Below are positions 24,801 to 40,200 of a stretch of 64,000 nucleotides of DNA, in pieces. The stretch's first letter is position 1, and each line of letters opens with the position of its first letter. The notes under the pieces were generated by a model. The model did no database searches. It saw only the letters and a list, made by a program, of their open reading frames with translations, and was not told where the DNA came from. The translations under genes were made by a program, and so were the position numbers. Source of the stretch: Phoronis australis (lineage: Eukaryota > Animalia > Phoronida); assembly GCA_002633005.1 (NCBI GenBank), contig NMRA01000019.1:770343-834342 (forward strand), given 5' to 3'.

Positions 24801-27800
24801 TGCAATGCATCTAACTGTGATGTTGTGGAGACTCCATGCAGTCACGATCCGTGTAAAAATGGTGGAACCTGTGTCATCAAGTCGTCGACAACCTATGCAT
24901 GTTCTTGTCCCGCAGCATGGACAGGAAGTCAATGTCAAACTGCTTTTGTGAATATGTCATGTAGCGACATAACATGTCAAAACAAAGGAAGGTAAGAAGT
25001 ACTGCAAGTGTACTGCTAAGTGATAGAATAGAAAACTTTCAATTAATTAGCAACATGGCGACTCGCGGAGAACAGATACTAGTGGCCTCTAGAGGATGAG
25101 GACCGAGGAGGCAATTTAAATTTTGTTAAAAAACCTTCATGTGTAATCACATATAATGCAAAAGCGTGTTTTTCACGAACAAATTGAAATGTTCCCTTCA
25201 CCACCCGCTGCGAAGATAAAGTACCTTCTCATGCAGCCACATGGCATTAAGTGACCAATCGCATGTGAGCAGCCTTCATTGCTGAAAATTTTCCTTTACA
25301 GCGTGTGTCAATCAAACTTGGAGACCTTTTTGCTCTGTTGCGATTATTTGTGCGCAGCTACTTAATCTCTTTATTCATGTTCAGTCACTAAAGACATTTA
25401 AGAACCAATCAAAAATCTCTACCAGTTGAGATGGTGAACTTGCTGAATGAATTCCAATCAAGTGTGCCCAGTGTTAAAATTCTATAATATGGTTTCTTCC
25501 ACAACAGCTCAAATCAATGCCAAAAAGGGTTAAGTATTTTATTTGCCAACGTGTTTTCTGTTCCTGATGTAGAGCACAGTATAGTTGAATATCATAAACC
25601 AAGTGAAAAACTGTAGAAATATACCTCATATCTGAAGTTTTAAGTATTATTATTTAGTGGAAAGGAGTTTTCAAAACGTTCTTGACAAAGCATGCCTCCT
25701 TTTTATTATCGCAAGAAGTAGACCTAGCACATTGCCCTTGTAGAAAATGTGACCTTTGACCTTGATGTAAACAAACCAATGGCAATTTCAAGCCGCAGCC
25801 TGTCTGACTTCTGTGAGCACATACGCATATATATTATTAGGGGCGGAGAATTTGGAAACTGTATTGGGATGAAACTGTTTTATTTAGTCTGTATTTCAAA
25901 AATAGTGAATCTGACAATTTTTTTAGAAGCTCTTGCAGTATTAGAGGTGAATAACTCTCATGTTAGCATCCCGAAGAAGTAGATTTGCCACGATCTGTTT
26001 AAAATGTATTTTTTACTAGTTTTCGTGCTCCATGTCTTTTTAATACTGTAATAACAATGTCAATTTATTATCAAAAAAAGTTGCTTGTGATAAGCTTTCG
26101 AGCCACCGTAACAATGATTCTGGACAACCCTCCACTGCATTTGTTAGTAGACCTGTAGTGCTTTCACGCTGTAGTGAAATGAAGCTAATTCATCAAATTC
26201 CACGTTGCGTACGTGTACGTGAAGGAACACCTGATTAAGCTCCAATATATGATGAATAATTTAAAAACGGAAACGTGTAATTCTTGTTTTCTTATAGTTG
26301 TGTTATGGTTTCTGGCAAGGGGCCAACATGTGATTGCCCGAAACAGTGGACAGGCATGTTCTGTCAGACTGATTACGACGAATGTCAGAGCAAACAGTGT
26401 TTGAATGGGGGTACGTGTGTCAACTTGGAGGGTGGCTTTCGCTGCACCTGTCCACATGGTGAGTCCTTTTTCTTTATGTGTCTAGTTCCTAGCTCTGTTT
26501 TAATCTTAATTATGTTTTGATGCTGTTTTTGGAAGAGCTGACTGCTAGCCTTGGTACAAAGGTGAGCCGGGAGTATACTGCTTTGGACTGATGTGGGTAA
26601 AAGGTGGAATAACTAAAATGTGACCTAAGTTATTGATTCTTCTTTCAGCGAGCAAACTTGGTTACTAGTAGGCAAAAGATGTTTTTAGTCAATGATTCTG
26701 AAGTTAATTTTGTGTCGCCATCACATGCATCAACTTCGAGAACCAGCTCCACCCATTAGCCACTTTTTAAGCTGATTCTTCAATAAACTGTTCTCTATTC
26801 AGAAATGTTTGTGCAATTCAAAACAAATATGACAATTGTTTTCAGTTTGCTGTAATTTTTAGCAATTAATTACTGGTAAACTGTATTTCTTAGCAAATTT
26901 TACTGTGGCAAAGTAGTTTCCTAATACACGCCGCTTTACTAAAACAAAAGATTCAGAAAATGGCATCTGCACATGTCACGTGCATACTTGTTTAAGTGGA
27001 TAGAAGACTTTTTTTAAATTGTATTTGTTTTCTCCTGAATGGCCCCAAGGTAGGTGTCGTTTGATAGGCAGACTGACAAAAACTCTCATCTGGTTGGGTG
27101 TGCTCCATTTTGGTGCAAGTTTCATGGTGAGAGAAAAACAAATAGAGTTGTGGCGAATTTAAAAAGTGAGCTTTGTTTACTTTGCCACTGTTTTACCCAC
27201 ATCAACTCCTAGATGTATTTGATGTTTAGTTGTACACAGCTAGCTGCATGGTTGGGCAGCTCATGGCGTAAGTGGCAAGGGCGCCATTTTGAATGTTTAC
27301 ATTGTATTAGGGAAGAAGATAGTGCTCGTGTTTTATCCTGTGAAAGCACACCTGTGGACTTTTACCAACAATATCAGTACATGTAAGATTTACGCTTAGA
27401 AAGTTTGCTCGTCTTTCGTCAGATTATGAAGGGACCAAATGCGAAAAAGCATCCAATCCGTGCGAGTCCAGGCCGTGTAGGAATGGTGGTCATTGTAACA
27501 TTGAGTCGTCAAAGGAGAGATTCTCCTGTAGCTGTGTTGGTCGGTATGTTGGCCGAGTCTGTGAACGACTTGTAGTCACCGGTCAAGTGTACCTGAATGG
27601 CAAGAAGTCGGAGATTTCACGTCAGATGGGTAAACTGTACCAGCAGCTGATCAAAATGTGGTACAAGAGACGACCAGGTGAGTGGGCACACGAGGTGGGG
27701 GTACCTACAGGAGACACTGCGAATATGACTGACTTGTTCCAAGGGCTTGTATATCGAAGAGTCTATAGCCAAAAGTTGATCGTTTTGTCGTTTGGATATG

Positions 27801-30800
27801 GCTTTTAGTTTGTTCCTAAGCAGTCTGTGGATTTCTGTCTTATGGCTTAAAGTTGTTGACAAACTTTTTATCCTTAACGTGATTTGGTGAAATATGCTAA
27901 GTCTTTCGTAGACTGGTGTTAAGCCAAAAGACAATAGACTTTTCGAGAAACATCCCTCTGGTGTCATTGTATCCTACTGTACTCGTCCACATTATCCAGG
28001 GCTTGGAATTTCCGCTAAAACGCGGATTTCCGCTTTTTTCAAATGTGCTTTCCGCTTTTTTTATAATATTTCCGCGTAAAAAATCGGATTTGATATAAAA
28101 TTTCCGCGGCAAATTCCTTTCTTACCGCAGCGTTGCAGACGACGTTCACCTCGAAAAGCGGAAGTTGCCGTTGCTCTTTATGTTTTGGAGGAACGTAAAT
28201 TGTCAACATTGCCGGGGCATCTGGGACAGCTTGGTGTGATTTTCAATGGCATCTCGTGTTATTGTTAAGCGCGGCGACAAATACTGCCGCTCTGCAGCCA
28301 AAAATGTGTGGGTTGGGAGTGGACGGGCGAGCCAAAAGGATGCAGACGCATGCTTCTGATGGNTTTCTGTCTTATGGCTTAAAGTTGTTGACAAACTTTT
28401 TATCCTTAACGTGATTTGGTGAAATATGCTAAGTCTTTCGTAGACTGGTGTTAAGCCAAAAGACAATAGACTTTTCGAGAAACATCCCTCTGGTGTCATT
28501 GTATTTTACTGTACTCGTCCGCATTATCACAAATGTTCGGCCACCCCTGAAATTTGCCAAAATGTTCACTTTTAAATGCCATGCGTGGCTCAGCGTCCTG
28601 TTTCTTACTAAAAGGAGGTGCGAAGGGGTTCTTTGGGCTCATGGCCATTCTAGTATTATCACACGTGCTGAAATCCTATGCGTGAACAGCATATGCCCAG
28701 CTGTGCCTGTTGGTAATGGTTGCTGCGTTAGAAAATTTAATGATGCATTTTCCGAGCTGATTGATACATACCATGGTGGAGAAAAAGGAAAAACTTAATT
28801 GTCTTACACCTTTTTACTGGTATCTGACATTGGGCATGCCATGCATCAGTCTAGTACAACTTAACACATTATGTTATACCACATTGGGTGTAATGTTATT
28901 TGTCGAGAATGCGCTCACCATATATACTTCATTAATAAAAAATAATTGCAGGCGGTCTGATACGCGTTGTACCAGACATACGCAGGCCACGCATGGGGGC
29001 CCATTGCACTGATCAAATGCAACCATTTTTATACTTTTATTGATATATGGTTAAAACTGATGAAGAGCTAGAAACCTGACTCAAGGGTTTTTGGCCCAGT
29101 GGGATTCGAACCCACCACCTCTAGTAAAGAAAGCGGGCACCTATCTCACTAGGCTACACTGCCTCCACTATATATTTAATTGCCCTACAAGAACTCTATG
29201 AAATGAAAATGGATAGAAATTTCAAATCTTTGCGCTATATTTCTGTGGTTTTGCATAACAGAAATATCCTTTCCTTGAACAAGGAAGTAAGAAAAATCAC
29301 GGGCATAACTAACGATTGTGGAAACTCCACCAAAATTTATTTAACAGAAACTGCGTGTGCGAATCACAGTCGTTGTAAGATTACATGTTGCCTCTTTTCT
29401 ACAAGTTGCCGCTAAAGTACTCCTAGTTACCTTTATGGTGATGGGACCATGCATGGTGGACTTGAACTAGACACTGTCAGATTGTTTTAAAAGATGGACA
29501 CATGAACCACATAGTGAAGCTAACTTGACTGGGAGCAACTATTCTCGGTCAATGTTGGCCTGTTTCGAGGGTTTGTGTATTTATGACTTTTGCACGTGAT
29601 GGGAAAATGGAAACAGCTGAAAAAAGATAGTGAGAGTGCAGAAAATCAATCTGATTTGTAATTTTGTAATGCAAGTCAAATATTCGCATTCATGTGGTTC
29701 CAAGAACAACGGTTTTTTCATAGATTCTTACAGTTATCAGAACTTAAAACAGTGAGAACATCTATCTCAGACAGGCAGATTTGAAAACTTTCCCAATAGA
29801 CAAAGCCACCCTGGCTACTTGACTTTACCCACTTTTATGTTGTGAAGGTGGAGACCGCATCATGCAGAGCATTGACCTCCTCTCTGGGTTTGCTTGTGTT
29901 GCATATCAACCTTGCCTGACTTTACTGAAACACTGTGCAGTTTCTAATTATTTTCTGTGTTACTGTTGGGTGAAGTTGTCTTCACAATTTGTTTTTGAAG
30001 CCTCAAGACTGACTCAGAAATATTAAAGCTACAACTTGTGCTAGCATTTAATCTGACTCCTCCAGCACACTGTCAAAAGAACACAATGGCTCACAAGCGA
30101 TAACATGAATCTGCCAACTGTGTAAATGATATGGCCTGAGGTGATTCATTTGAGGGCAACCTTGCGTAACCTGTCTGATGATGGCTCATGTTTTGGGCAC
30201 ACTTTGAGTTTCAATATTTCTCTTAATGTTCTACTGATTGATTTGACTTGTGCATAAATCCAATGCATAGTTCCCATGGCAATAACCTGAACCAACCGTG
30301 CAGGTTAGTGCCCACCCAACCATCTCTCAAACATTTCTGTTTTAAATACCTTTTTTTTGGCTGAACACCCACCCCCTTATTTGTGAGTTTGCTAATTTAG
30401 GTGCCCCAGATCAGTACAGTGCATCAAATTGATTGGTTGTTCCCTGGAACACTTTATGTCTCAAAAGCACAATAGCTTGCTGATAGTCAACACAGTACAT
30501 TGTACTAAAACAAGTGATTAACAATAAAAATCAAGTAATATTAAATCACATGATTCTGAACTGTAAAACATGTTTGATTTATAATGATCTCCATTACTGA
30601 CTGATGCGTTGGGTTTCATTTATATTAAATGGGTGACCCTACCACCTGACAATACTCTGTTGACTTAATTTTTGTTTTCCTCAGATCTGGCCAACTGCAA
30701 GTGTATCACCCATGAGCCAGTGTCTGTGGAAGACTATATTGACTCCAAAGGGTGAGTTGTACCGTTTTTACTAACTGACCTGTGCGCCTTCTCCAAGTTT

Positions 30801-31185
30801 GCTTAACAAATGTCAGCATTAAGTCTTTAGACCGAAATATTCTTATTCGTATGGGCTTCACTGATACACTGGAAGGGCAGCAAGATGCACACCAGAAGCG
30901 AGGTGTACAGTGAAGCAACAACATGAATGGGAATAGTTCATATTTTATGATAATGAGTAATCGTACAATACAGACTGACATTTAGAGAGAATACATGATA
31001 ATTAATGACATTGTAAATGTGGGTGACAATGAGCCCACTAATGTCTTCAGTGAATACATAGGTTACATCGATGGTAATGGTGGGTGACAATGATCCCACA
31101 AGGCTATGGTAACAGACGTACTGAAAATGTACAATAAATAGAGAGAGAGAGGGAGGGAGGGAGGGAGNGGAGGGAGGGAGGGAGG

Positions 31186-31223
<38 letters not shown>

Positions 31224-34200
31224 AGACTGTCATAGACTATGAGAAAATTATGTAGGGTTAAAGGATGGGAGATTTTTGAGTAATAATTGTGACCGAATAA
31301 AAGAAATGAAGATAGGTGTCAATGTCAGCTCTCTGCCCAAAGGGATCACATGAATAAGTTGTTATGAGAAGTAGGTCATACGAGTGATAAAATAGGTCAG
31401 AGTCGCTTATACAAAATGGGTCATTTTGTTCACTATAATAATCATATACAAAATTTTTTGATTGATTATTGTGTGGTGGAAGACTTGTACTTGAGTTTAC
31501 TTTTTCTCAGTGTGGCCATATCATATGTGCTTTGTATTGATTTCGTAAATTCTGCAAAGCATCACATCAAGTACATTGAAAACTGACCATGGTTTGAAGT
31601 TTGTTGTGATAAAGAATAATTTGTATCAACTTGATTTGTTCAATATGATGCTTAAAGCTTAGATTCAGTGAATTTGATTCATATTTTCACCTTTTCTATG
31701 AATACCATTCCTTTCTTCATGTTACAGAAATGATGTCACTAAAGTAACTTACCGCCTCTTGATCAACGGTATTCCCGTCGATTCGGAACAGGTGAAGAAG
31801 CCCTCTGTCAGCGAGTATCAGACCTACTTGAATGAAGTGACCCGTCCTAATGGTCAGCCGTACGCAGTGATGAACCCTGACCAATTCAATCTGCTTCTTT
31901 ATCGGTGAGCGCGGAGTGGACATCTGTCCTGTAGTTTTCATGAGCAATTTGTAGAATTTCATCAAAATTCATTTAGGTCCCTTGACGTAAATGTGGATAT
32001 GAAAACCTGATTAAAATAACGAGGCAAAATAACTGATTTTTTTACTCTGATATATTGATTTTTGCCAAGAAGTGGAATTTTTATTGAAAGAAGACCAAAC
32101 ATTTACGGAAGGGCATACAGTCATGCATGGATGCATTGTTCACTTAATTCTACTGGCCATCACTTAGAAAAAGTTTTGAAGTTACACCATCTCTTTTCAA
32201 AAGGCCTAGATTTAAAGTTTTGGAGGGCCACACTTTTCACTTAAATAGTATTGTACGATGTACTTGATAAAGGGGCTCAAATGCAATGTTTACCCAATAG
32301 TGAATTGATGTTTTTAAAAGTTTCTTATCAGAAAAGCCCAGAATAATGTTGTAGGAGACTGTGCTGACACATGAAGGATATACTTCAAATTGTTTAAAAT
32401 TTTGTTTATTTACCCTTCTCCAAAGTATGTTCACTGTTTCACAGTCCGAAAATGAGTGCTTCAAAGTCTGTGTAGATTGTCCACAAAAGGAGCATGAGTC
32501 GTAGTTTGCAACTAGTTAGTTTTTAAAAGAATTCGTCGTCAAAATTAACAACTACTAAAACGAGACTATTATATTCCATTAAGGCAGCTTTGATACCTAA
32601 AATATCTCTGATAAATGTGCAACTCCAAATATTTCCCTCTGGAGGAAACAAGTTCTTAAGAAATACTATGCCTCCATAGAACCAGTTCTTGTAAAAATTG
32701 CCTTATCCCCCCGGCTTGCGGGTCACTGCTCAACCATAAATGTAGGTAAAGTTTTACAAACTATCATCAATGTGATAGCCTTGTTCAATGCCTAGCAATT
32801 TATAGGGAAACTCACTTGAGATCAAATTTTCTTTTTTCATGGGCATTGTTGGTTTAGGTTTTACACAATATTAAAGCAACTAAAAACAATGGAAACCATG
32901 AATTTTCATAAGATTTGTTTGCAAAAAGGATAGGATGACAAAAAGCAAGCAATAAATATTTTTGGCTTATAAATCATCCTTCAGCTCAGTAATTTATGTC
33001 AAACCAGAGTTTGATTCTGAAGAAATTTTTATTGACTGTTGTATGTACTTAATTCATATCCCAGGTTACCTACAGTTTGTCTAGTAGCTGGAATGTATTA
33101 AATATTATGGGTTTTCATTTTATTTTCACTCAATGGTTGTTTGTGTCATCCTTTTCCAGACAGCTTCATTTTGACGTCAATTTCAAAGGCAGTGTTTACG
33201 AAGACGACTATTCCAAGTTGGAGAAGGCATTCTTGAACACATTCCTTGTCAAGTATCCTAGTGAGTATAGTTACACACAGTCATTTCATTGTTGATTTGA
33301 ATGCAGAAGTGTTACTATAGAATCTGATGCTACTAGCATTAATTTTGGAAAAAATGTTGAATTTTTCTTTAAAAAACTAAGCTAACAACTTATCAGTGAA
33401 TCCGTCGTTAACAGGTAGGCCCAATTTGAAATATTTACGCGTTCATTAAAATATAAATCTTTTTGCCATGCTTTAAATAACAAAACAAAGTATCGGTCGT
33501 GATAAACTTAATGTGAATGTGGTGTTCCTATGGTATTCAAAATTTTCCAAGAAACTGCAGTGTCAAGCAGGAATTGATGAATCAGTCAACATCAAAAGGC
33601 AACGTATTACATCCACTGTTAACTTGTTATAAAAGTTGGTTAATATCTCTATACAGATGGTTCTCACAATAGAGTGTGTAGATTAGCAAACTCTATTTGG
33701 GCTTAGGTAAATCTATTGTTATTGCCAGTGGCTAACTCTGCTATTCTGGACTCTACGACTTGACCAGTAACATGTTCAGGTTTTGTCCAAGTGTGGCAGA
33801 AGCTTTGGAGCAAATCAGAGGAGAAATATTAAATACATTAAATACATCTTTAATCGTAATGCATTTTGATTTTTTGTAAAAATATAGCTACAATTTATCT
33901 CTGATTGCTTACAAAGTTACGCAACTAAACTTTTAATAAAATCTTGTATTGTATATGACAGGTGTTTTTCTTTTTCTTCAGAACGTAAGGGCTGTAACTG
34001 TGTAGAGTTTGACATCAAGCAACAACAGGTGTTTACAGACGTATTTGGGTGAGTTTTCTGTCACCATCTTTTGCTGTATGATATCAGCTTATACACCGCA
34101 GACATATGCTGTATGATATCACTCAGTTTATACACACTGTCAGTCACATGAGAAAATTTCACTGAACATTAGGTAAGTGTAGTTGTTGTCTGGCGTGATA

Positions 34201-37200
34201 TCTTTTCTTCATATTCCCTCTCGTTGTCTGCCTTCTCCACTGTCTTCGTTCTAGCTTACAAAGTGACCACAGGTTCCCAATTTTGTTATTTTGTGGTTGT
34301 TTTTGTCAAGTTTCAACTCATAACAGTTTCCAGTCAAATTTTGTGTTTATTGTGATAGATAGTTTCACCTTCTTCTCTTTCACATTGCCAGGCCCAAGTG
34401 AGTGTCCGCTTCTATCTTTGCCAATACTAGGAAGTCTGACTCATTTTGGGACATGCGCTCATTGACAAAAATGCTCACTCTCATCAATTTCTGTAAAGGT
34501 CTTGTTGTTTTTTTGGAAAAGCTGCACAAATGTGCGTAAGCAAGTTGAAATGCCATCATTTGCCAAGCGATGAGTAAAAAGAAAAATGATGAATCATTTT
34601 TGCTCATCTTAGGCAGATTTTCTTGTTTGGAAAAGTGAACAACTATTTAAAAGACATATTGCACCACTGACTCGATTTTCAAAAAAAAACAACAAGAAAA
34701 CAGACCAGAACCAACTATGACTTTTTTGATCATACGTTTAACGTAATATTGTTTGCTCTATATCAGGAACAAGGTAACGCGACTTCTGTACACCATGCGT
34801 ATAGAAAATCGCCTGGTGAACCCGCTCAACAACCCTGAATATCGACTGGATTTGAACGTGCTGAAAAACCACTTGGGGGGCATCGGAAACAATATGAAGA
34901 CATGGGTGGGGCTGGATCAGTTCCTCACGCCCACCTCAACCATCTACAATGTGTACTTCAAGACACCCGTCGCCGACAACGACTTGAACAAGGTCAAACA
35001 GCAACTGGAGAAGACCTACGAAAAGTTGGATCCAAGTAATGTCGTGACCTCTGACCTTTGTGTAGCCAGCCAGCTATCTGTGCATGATTAAATGCCAGAA
35101 CACAACTAGGAATTGATATGGGTAAAAAAGTTGTGAGTTTAAGAAAAGCTGGCCGTTTCAGTTTGCCACACCTGAATTAGCGTCTCTTTCATCATGAAAC
35201 TTAATCAATGGTAGCATGCCTGAGACTGAAACATTCAAATGACACCAATCTTGACCTGTTTTAAAGTAACACAGGGTCATTTACTTGCTTCAAAAATATG
35301 CTTGTGACATGTGGACACGTCATTTGCTCTATTTTGTTTGTTTGAGAAAGCCACGTCTTGGTAGATGGTGACTGTTTTGCTGAAGTGAAATTTGCTCACA
35401 ATTTTGGTTCCCTGGTAGTAAAATACTCAAAACTGGTGACAAAGTGCTGGTATCTCTGGAAATTTGTTGTGAACTGTGCACAAACTTTTGAAAGAAGAAT
35501 AGTGGCTTGAAGAATATTCAGAAACAGAAATTGGCTAACAGATGGCGCTCTTTTTTCATGGCAGTCAACGTTGATGTGTATGATCACTCAACAAATTTAA
35601 CCGCACAATAGCGGGCTAACAGGATTTGTGCACCTCTAACCAAATTAGTCGACAAGGAAGACTGCAGTTTATGACATTAATTTAAGATTTTACTTCACCA
35701 GGAATTTTTACCCAGATCATTCCAAAGTTGTGTATTATTTTTGTATTTAATATACACAGCTTTGCGCCAAGGTTAACTTTTGTGTTGCTTCTTTCCTTGA
35801 CCTAGCTCTCGCTAGATTCACTATTAAGTGACTTTTGTCTTCATTTTTTTACTGTTTTGCACAGAACATTGAGCATTATGGGAAGATGGCCATTGGGCCT
35901 CCTGTAAACTGCTCAAATATTTTGTTTTCAGTGCTTTTATTTGCTGTTCAAGTCAGTTGGTGAACAGGAGCAAACGGACAGTACCCGGAGTAGACTATTT
36001 TATTTTAATTTTTAGCCAGTGAACTCTTTGGCCCTGTTGAATCCATCTAATTTACATGACCTCTAAAATTTGTCCTAGATGACCGACGCGAATCATCGAT
36101 CACTTTGATCCTACTTGTGGTTTCCGCTCTCACTGGACTTTACGCTGTCAGTATTTTTTCAATTGCAGGCCTTAAAGGAAAGGTTCAAGTGCAGATATTG
36201 AAGCAGGAACCATACGTAACATCTGATGGGTGAGTAAAGGTTAACTGAGGCCAGTGTGATCTCAGCTGATGTCTCTACAGTAGAAAATAATCTTTCATTG
36301 GAGACTTAAATTTTTGTACTTCCTAACTTGATATTCTTTAAGAGATTTTGCTGTCAGGAGCACAAACTCAAATTAAACCGTGATTGTCATCAATTACCTG
36401 AACATTAAGTGTAACTAGGTTTCTTGGATGTTTAATGATGGAGAACAGCTGTTGCTTTTAGGGATCATTTTTAATTTCAATATGTATTACATATCGAAGC
36501 TGAGCTGTCATGTGATCTTTGACTGTACTACGGGCTGTAAGTGAACTTCCATAAATCTTTTCTCAGGAAAACGATATCATCTGTCAAATACAAAGTGTTA
36601 GTTGATGGTGTCGTCACCAATCCCAAGGTACCACCAACTGAAGTGACGAGAGTGTTGAATGAGACTATGAACATCACAGGACCAACAGACAACTCTCGCT
36701 ATGAGTTGTACACGGGTCCCCTGACAGGTGTTGCTCCTCAGCAGGAGCAGTACAAACTATATCTGAAGAAGAAGTTGAACACAGATGGGCTTGCCAAGCT
36801 GAAGGACTCTCTACTGCAGGCCTGGCTAACGCAGAAACCCAGTAAATTGTTTACATACTTGTGAAATCTGCAATACTTGACTAAAACGGATCGCAGTTCT
36901 GCATTACAGGATAGATACAGTACTAAGGTCAAGGTCAATAAAAAAATACGCAAGAGAATTTTGGGACATATAAATAGCTGCTTCAATAAATTTCAACGAC
37001 ACTTTAATACTAAGGACACAAATGAATTAGACATGATGATTCTGTCACTGTTATCTTGAATTATTTTTAGTTTGCGTGAACACGACTTAATAATATACGT
37101 ATGAAATTAGGTTTCATTTGAGACAAATGGGTTTGGTTAATAAACATGCAGTTTGCCATTACATACTAAATGTTTTTAAGATAGTTTAACGTAAATGACA

Positions 37201-40200
37201 TCCAATATTTATTTAGATTTGTGCTTGGGAACTTAATGTGTTTAGTGCAAAGATCAGTCATTGTCTTTTCCTTGTTTTGCATTGCAGAACTGTCCAAAGA
37301 GTCAACAGATGTAGAAATCACCAGTGTAAAGCCAATGGTGAATAACAGAGGGTGCGTTACTTCATACCTTTAGTGTAGGGAGTTTACTTTCAGGTCTGAT
37401 AGCTGTCTTAATAAGAGTTTGGTATTTTGGGGATGAAGTAGTTTTTCTGTCACTTAAGTTTTTAGTCATGAAGCTCGCCACATATGTTCAATTGGCATAT
37501 TCTGTTACTTGATCAGTGACCGTTTTTGACCAACCAGAACTCGAATTCCCCTCTTACAAAAATTGAATGCAAATCTTGGTAAGTAGCGTAATTGACAATA
37601 CTGATTAACAACATTCATGAAAATTATCTTAGTGTCTTTATTTCCGTGTCATGTACAACCATCAGATTAGTTGGTTTTCATACACAACAAAATGCTTTGC
37701 CTATTCTTTATTGAACTATTTGGCTCCACCATTTTGCATTGTTAAGTGCAAGCTGTTACACAAGATCAACTGTCTCATAACATATTTGTTGTGCATTACT
37801 GAATCAGCCTCTGTTTCATCTCTGTTTCATCTCTCCCTTCTTACAGTGAAATGATTTATAAAGTTAACTACTTCTTGAAAGTGAACGGTAAACGAGTGGA
37901 TGCCAGCATCACGTACCCGCTAGACAATAAACATGTCAATCAACAAATACAGCTCAATGGACACAACATTCAACTAGGTAAGATAAACCCAAAGTGGGAA
38001 AAACATTACAAAGTCTATTCTGTTCCCCTTAAATGCTAATAAACAAGTTGCGATTGATGACATCCTGTAATGACCAGAAAGAGAATGTATTGGAATTTGC
38101 CCATGTGTTTGCAATGGCATATTACAAAAAGTTGCAATCTGAGTGATTTTGATCAAATTTACATGTCTTAAGTATTTGAAAAAAGACCACGAAGAATAGA
38201 ATAAAAGTATGGAATTAATTCCAGGCGTTATGACTGGTGAACAGGTGTTTACTTCAAACAGTGGTACGTCATGCTTTCTTGACTTTCTCAAAAAATTTCG
38301 TTGACATCCTGTTGCATCATTATACCTATGGACTGTTATTGCTCTTTTTTGCAGCTAATTAATTAATTAATTAATTAATTCCTGCCGTAGGGTAGATGTG
38401 GGTAATGCTGTTTTGACAGAAGGATGCATGATCTTTGTCATCGCTGAAGAAACAATCCTGTGGTCTGGTAACATGTCCTGTTTTCTCTTTGTCTAGTGGA
38501 CTCAGTTGTCAAGCCATCTGACTACCATGATGAGTCATCTCTCTACAAGTTGGTGCTGGATAAGCAGCTAACCTCTGAACAGGTGGAGAAATTGAAGACT
38601 TCTCTGAAAAAGGCCGTGGAGGCCAAATATCCAAGACTAGGGAAAGTGAAAATCACTACACTCCCTCAGCAGGAGTACACTACATCTGATGGGTGGGTAC
38701 ACGGTTATTCTAACTTGTATTTATCAAAAACACTTATGGCAAGCACTTTACAGTTAGTATGGAAATTGAGGGCAAAATTAAATTTTCTTGATTTTGAAGA
38801 TTAAGACATGGGCGATTTAGGTGTTCATATTTTTTCAAATATCGTACTCTGCATTTTGTATCAGCAGAGTACGAAAATTGAATTAGCAGATCATAAAATC
38901 GTTGGAAAAAACCATGCGTTCCTGTAGTATGTAACATTGAGGTGGTGCGATTGTTTGTTGTTTATCCTAATTCTTCAATTTCAGCTGGCCAATATTGCTC
39001 GTTTCTAAATTCGGTACAAGCTCCAACCTTGGGCAAAATTATTAGTTTTACTTTTCACTGTCCCAAACTGGATAAATTTTACTGTAATTTATATTTCACG
39101 TGCTCTAAAATTCTTCCCTTTGACACTTAAGCACTCAAGGGTTGACTTCCCAGTTTCTCTGTCTCATAAGCCGACTCACTGCCAATTTAAATGGATAAGG
39201 AATGCATACTACGATGAAAAAACAAGGCAAAATAATTCATTGCCATGTGGCATCAAACCTGTGAATGTGTTAACCTTTTATTAACTACCTTTTGATAGCT
39301 TTAAGCGCATGAGGATTCTAGACTATTACTGGCATTGGTTACCTCCATTTGCAGAGGTTTTATATAAACCCAGGGACTCTGTCTGAATATAAATGCAATA
39401 AATCTGGTGTTTCATGATATTGAGTACCATCTGAAGTGTCAGTTGAACACAAGGTTGGGCACAGTTAACACTATCATTTATGTGTTAATTTTTCTGAAAT
39501 TTTTGCATTTGACATTGAAATTAAAATCCTGTGTAGGTGCATCCATCAGCTTAATTGTAGTTTTCTGAGTTTTGTAAGATGTAATTTATGATTTGTATTT
39601 TTCCAGTAAAACCGTTCACAAGTTACTCTACAAGGTCACCTCCGACGTGACCTCTGTGACCCCGAACCTTATTCCGCCGTTGTCGCCTAAGACCGTTACG
39701 GAGTACATGAAAAAAGAGATGCCGTCTTTTGAGATGAACGTTCTCTCCCCTGACACCGTGCTCTATCCGGCCCTGTCAAAGAAGCATTTCTCACTGTTTA
39801 TGAAGAACAAGGTGTCACCCAGTGAATATACTAAACTGGAGAGTGACATCAAGAATACCATCACAAAATTCATGCCAGGTAAATAACATGATATGATGTA
39901 ACAGTGGGATATTACTGGTCATTAATAGTGTGACTGCATTCATATTATCACAAGTTTGCAAGCATTTGAAAGTCTGGTCTGCACGCCTCCTGTTGGCCAC
40001 ATCACCTGACCTGATGAATATACTGCAAGTCTGAGCTTTATGCCGCGACGGGGACTCGAAACCGAGACCATGTAAACACCCTAGGCCACTGAGCCATCGG
40101 GACCACAGAAATCCAATCAGACTTAGAAGTGGGCAGCCCACCCATAAAATCCCAAGTGTATGCTCATTTTATCACAAATTATTATCGGCAAGTAAATATT

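Noticed and set aside
18799-27677. Calling the gene canonical Delta or Jagged
   Set aside because: DSL is truncated, there are only 4 EGFs, no TM segment follows and a foreign repeat array is attached; no symbol assigned
29093-29163. Functional tRNA gene
   Set aside because: A and B boxes are present but acceptor and anticodon stems are poor; better explained as a SINE head
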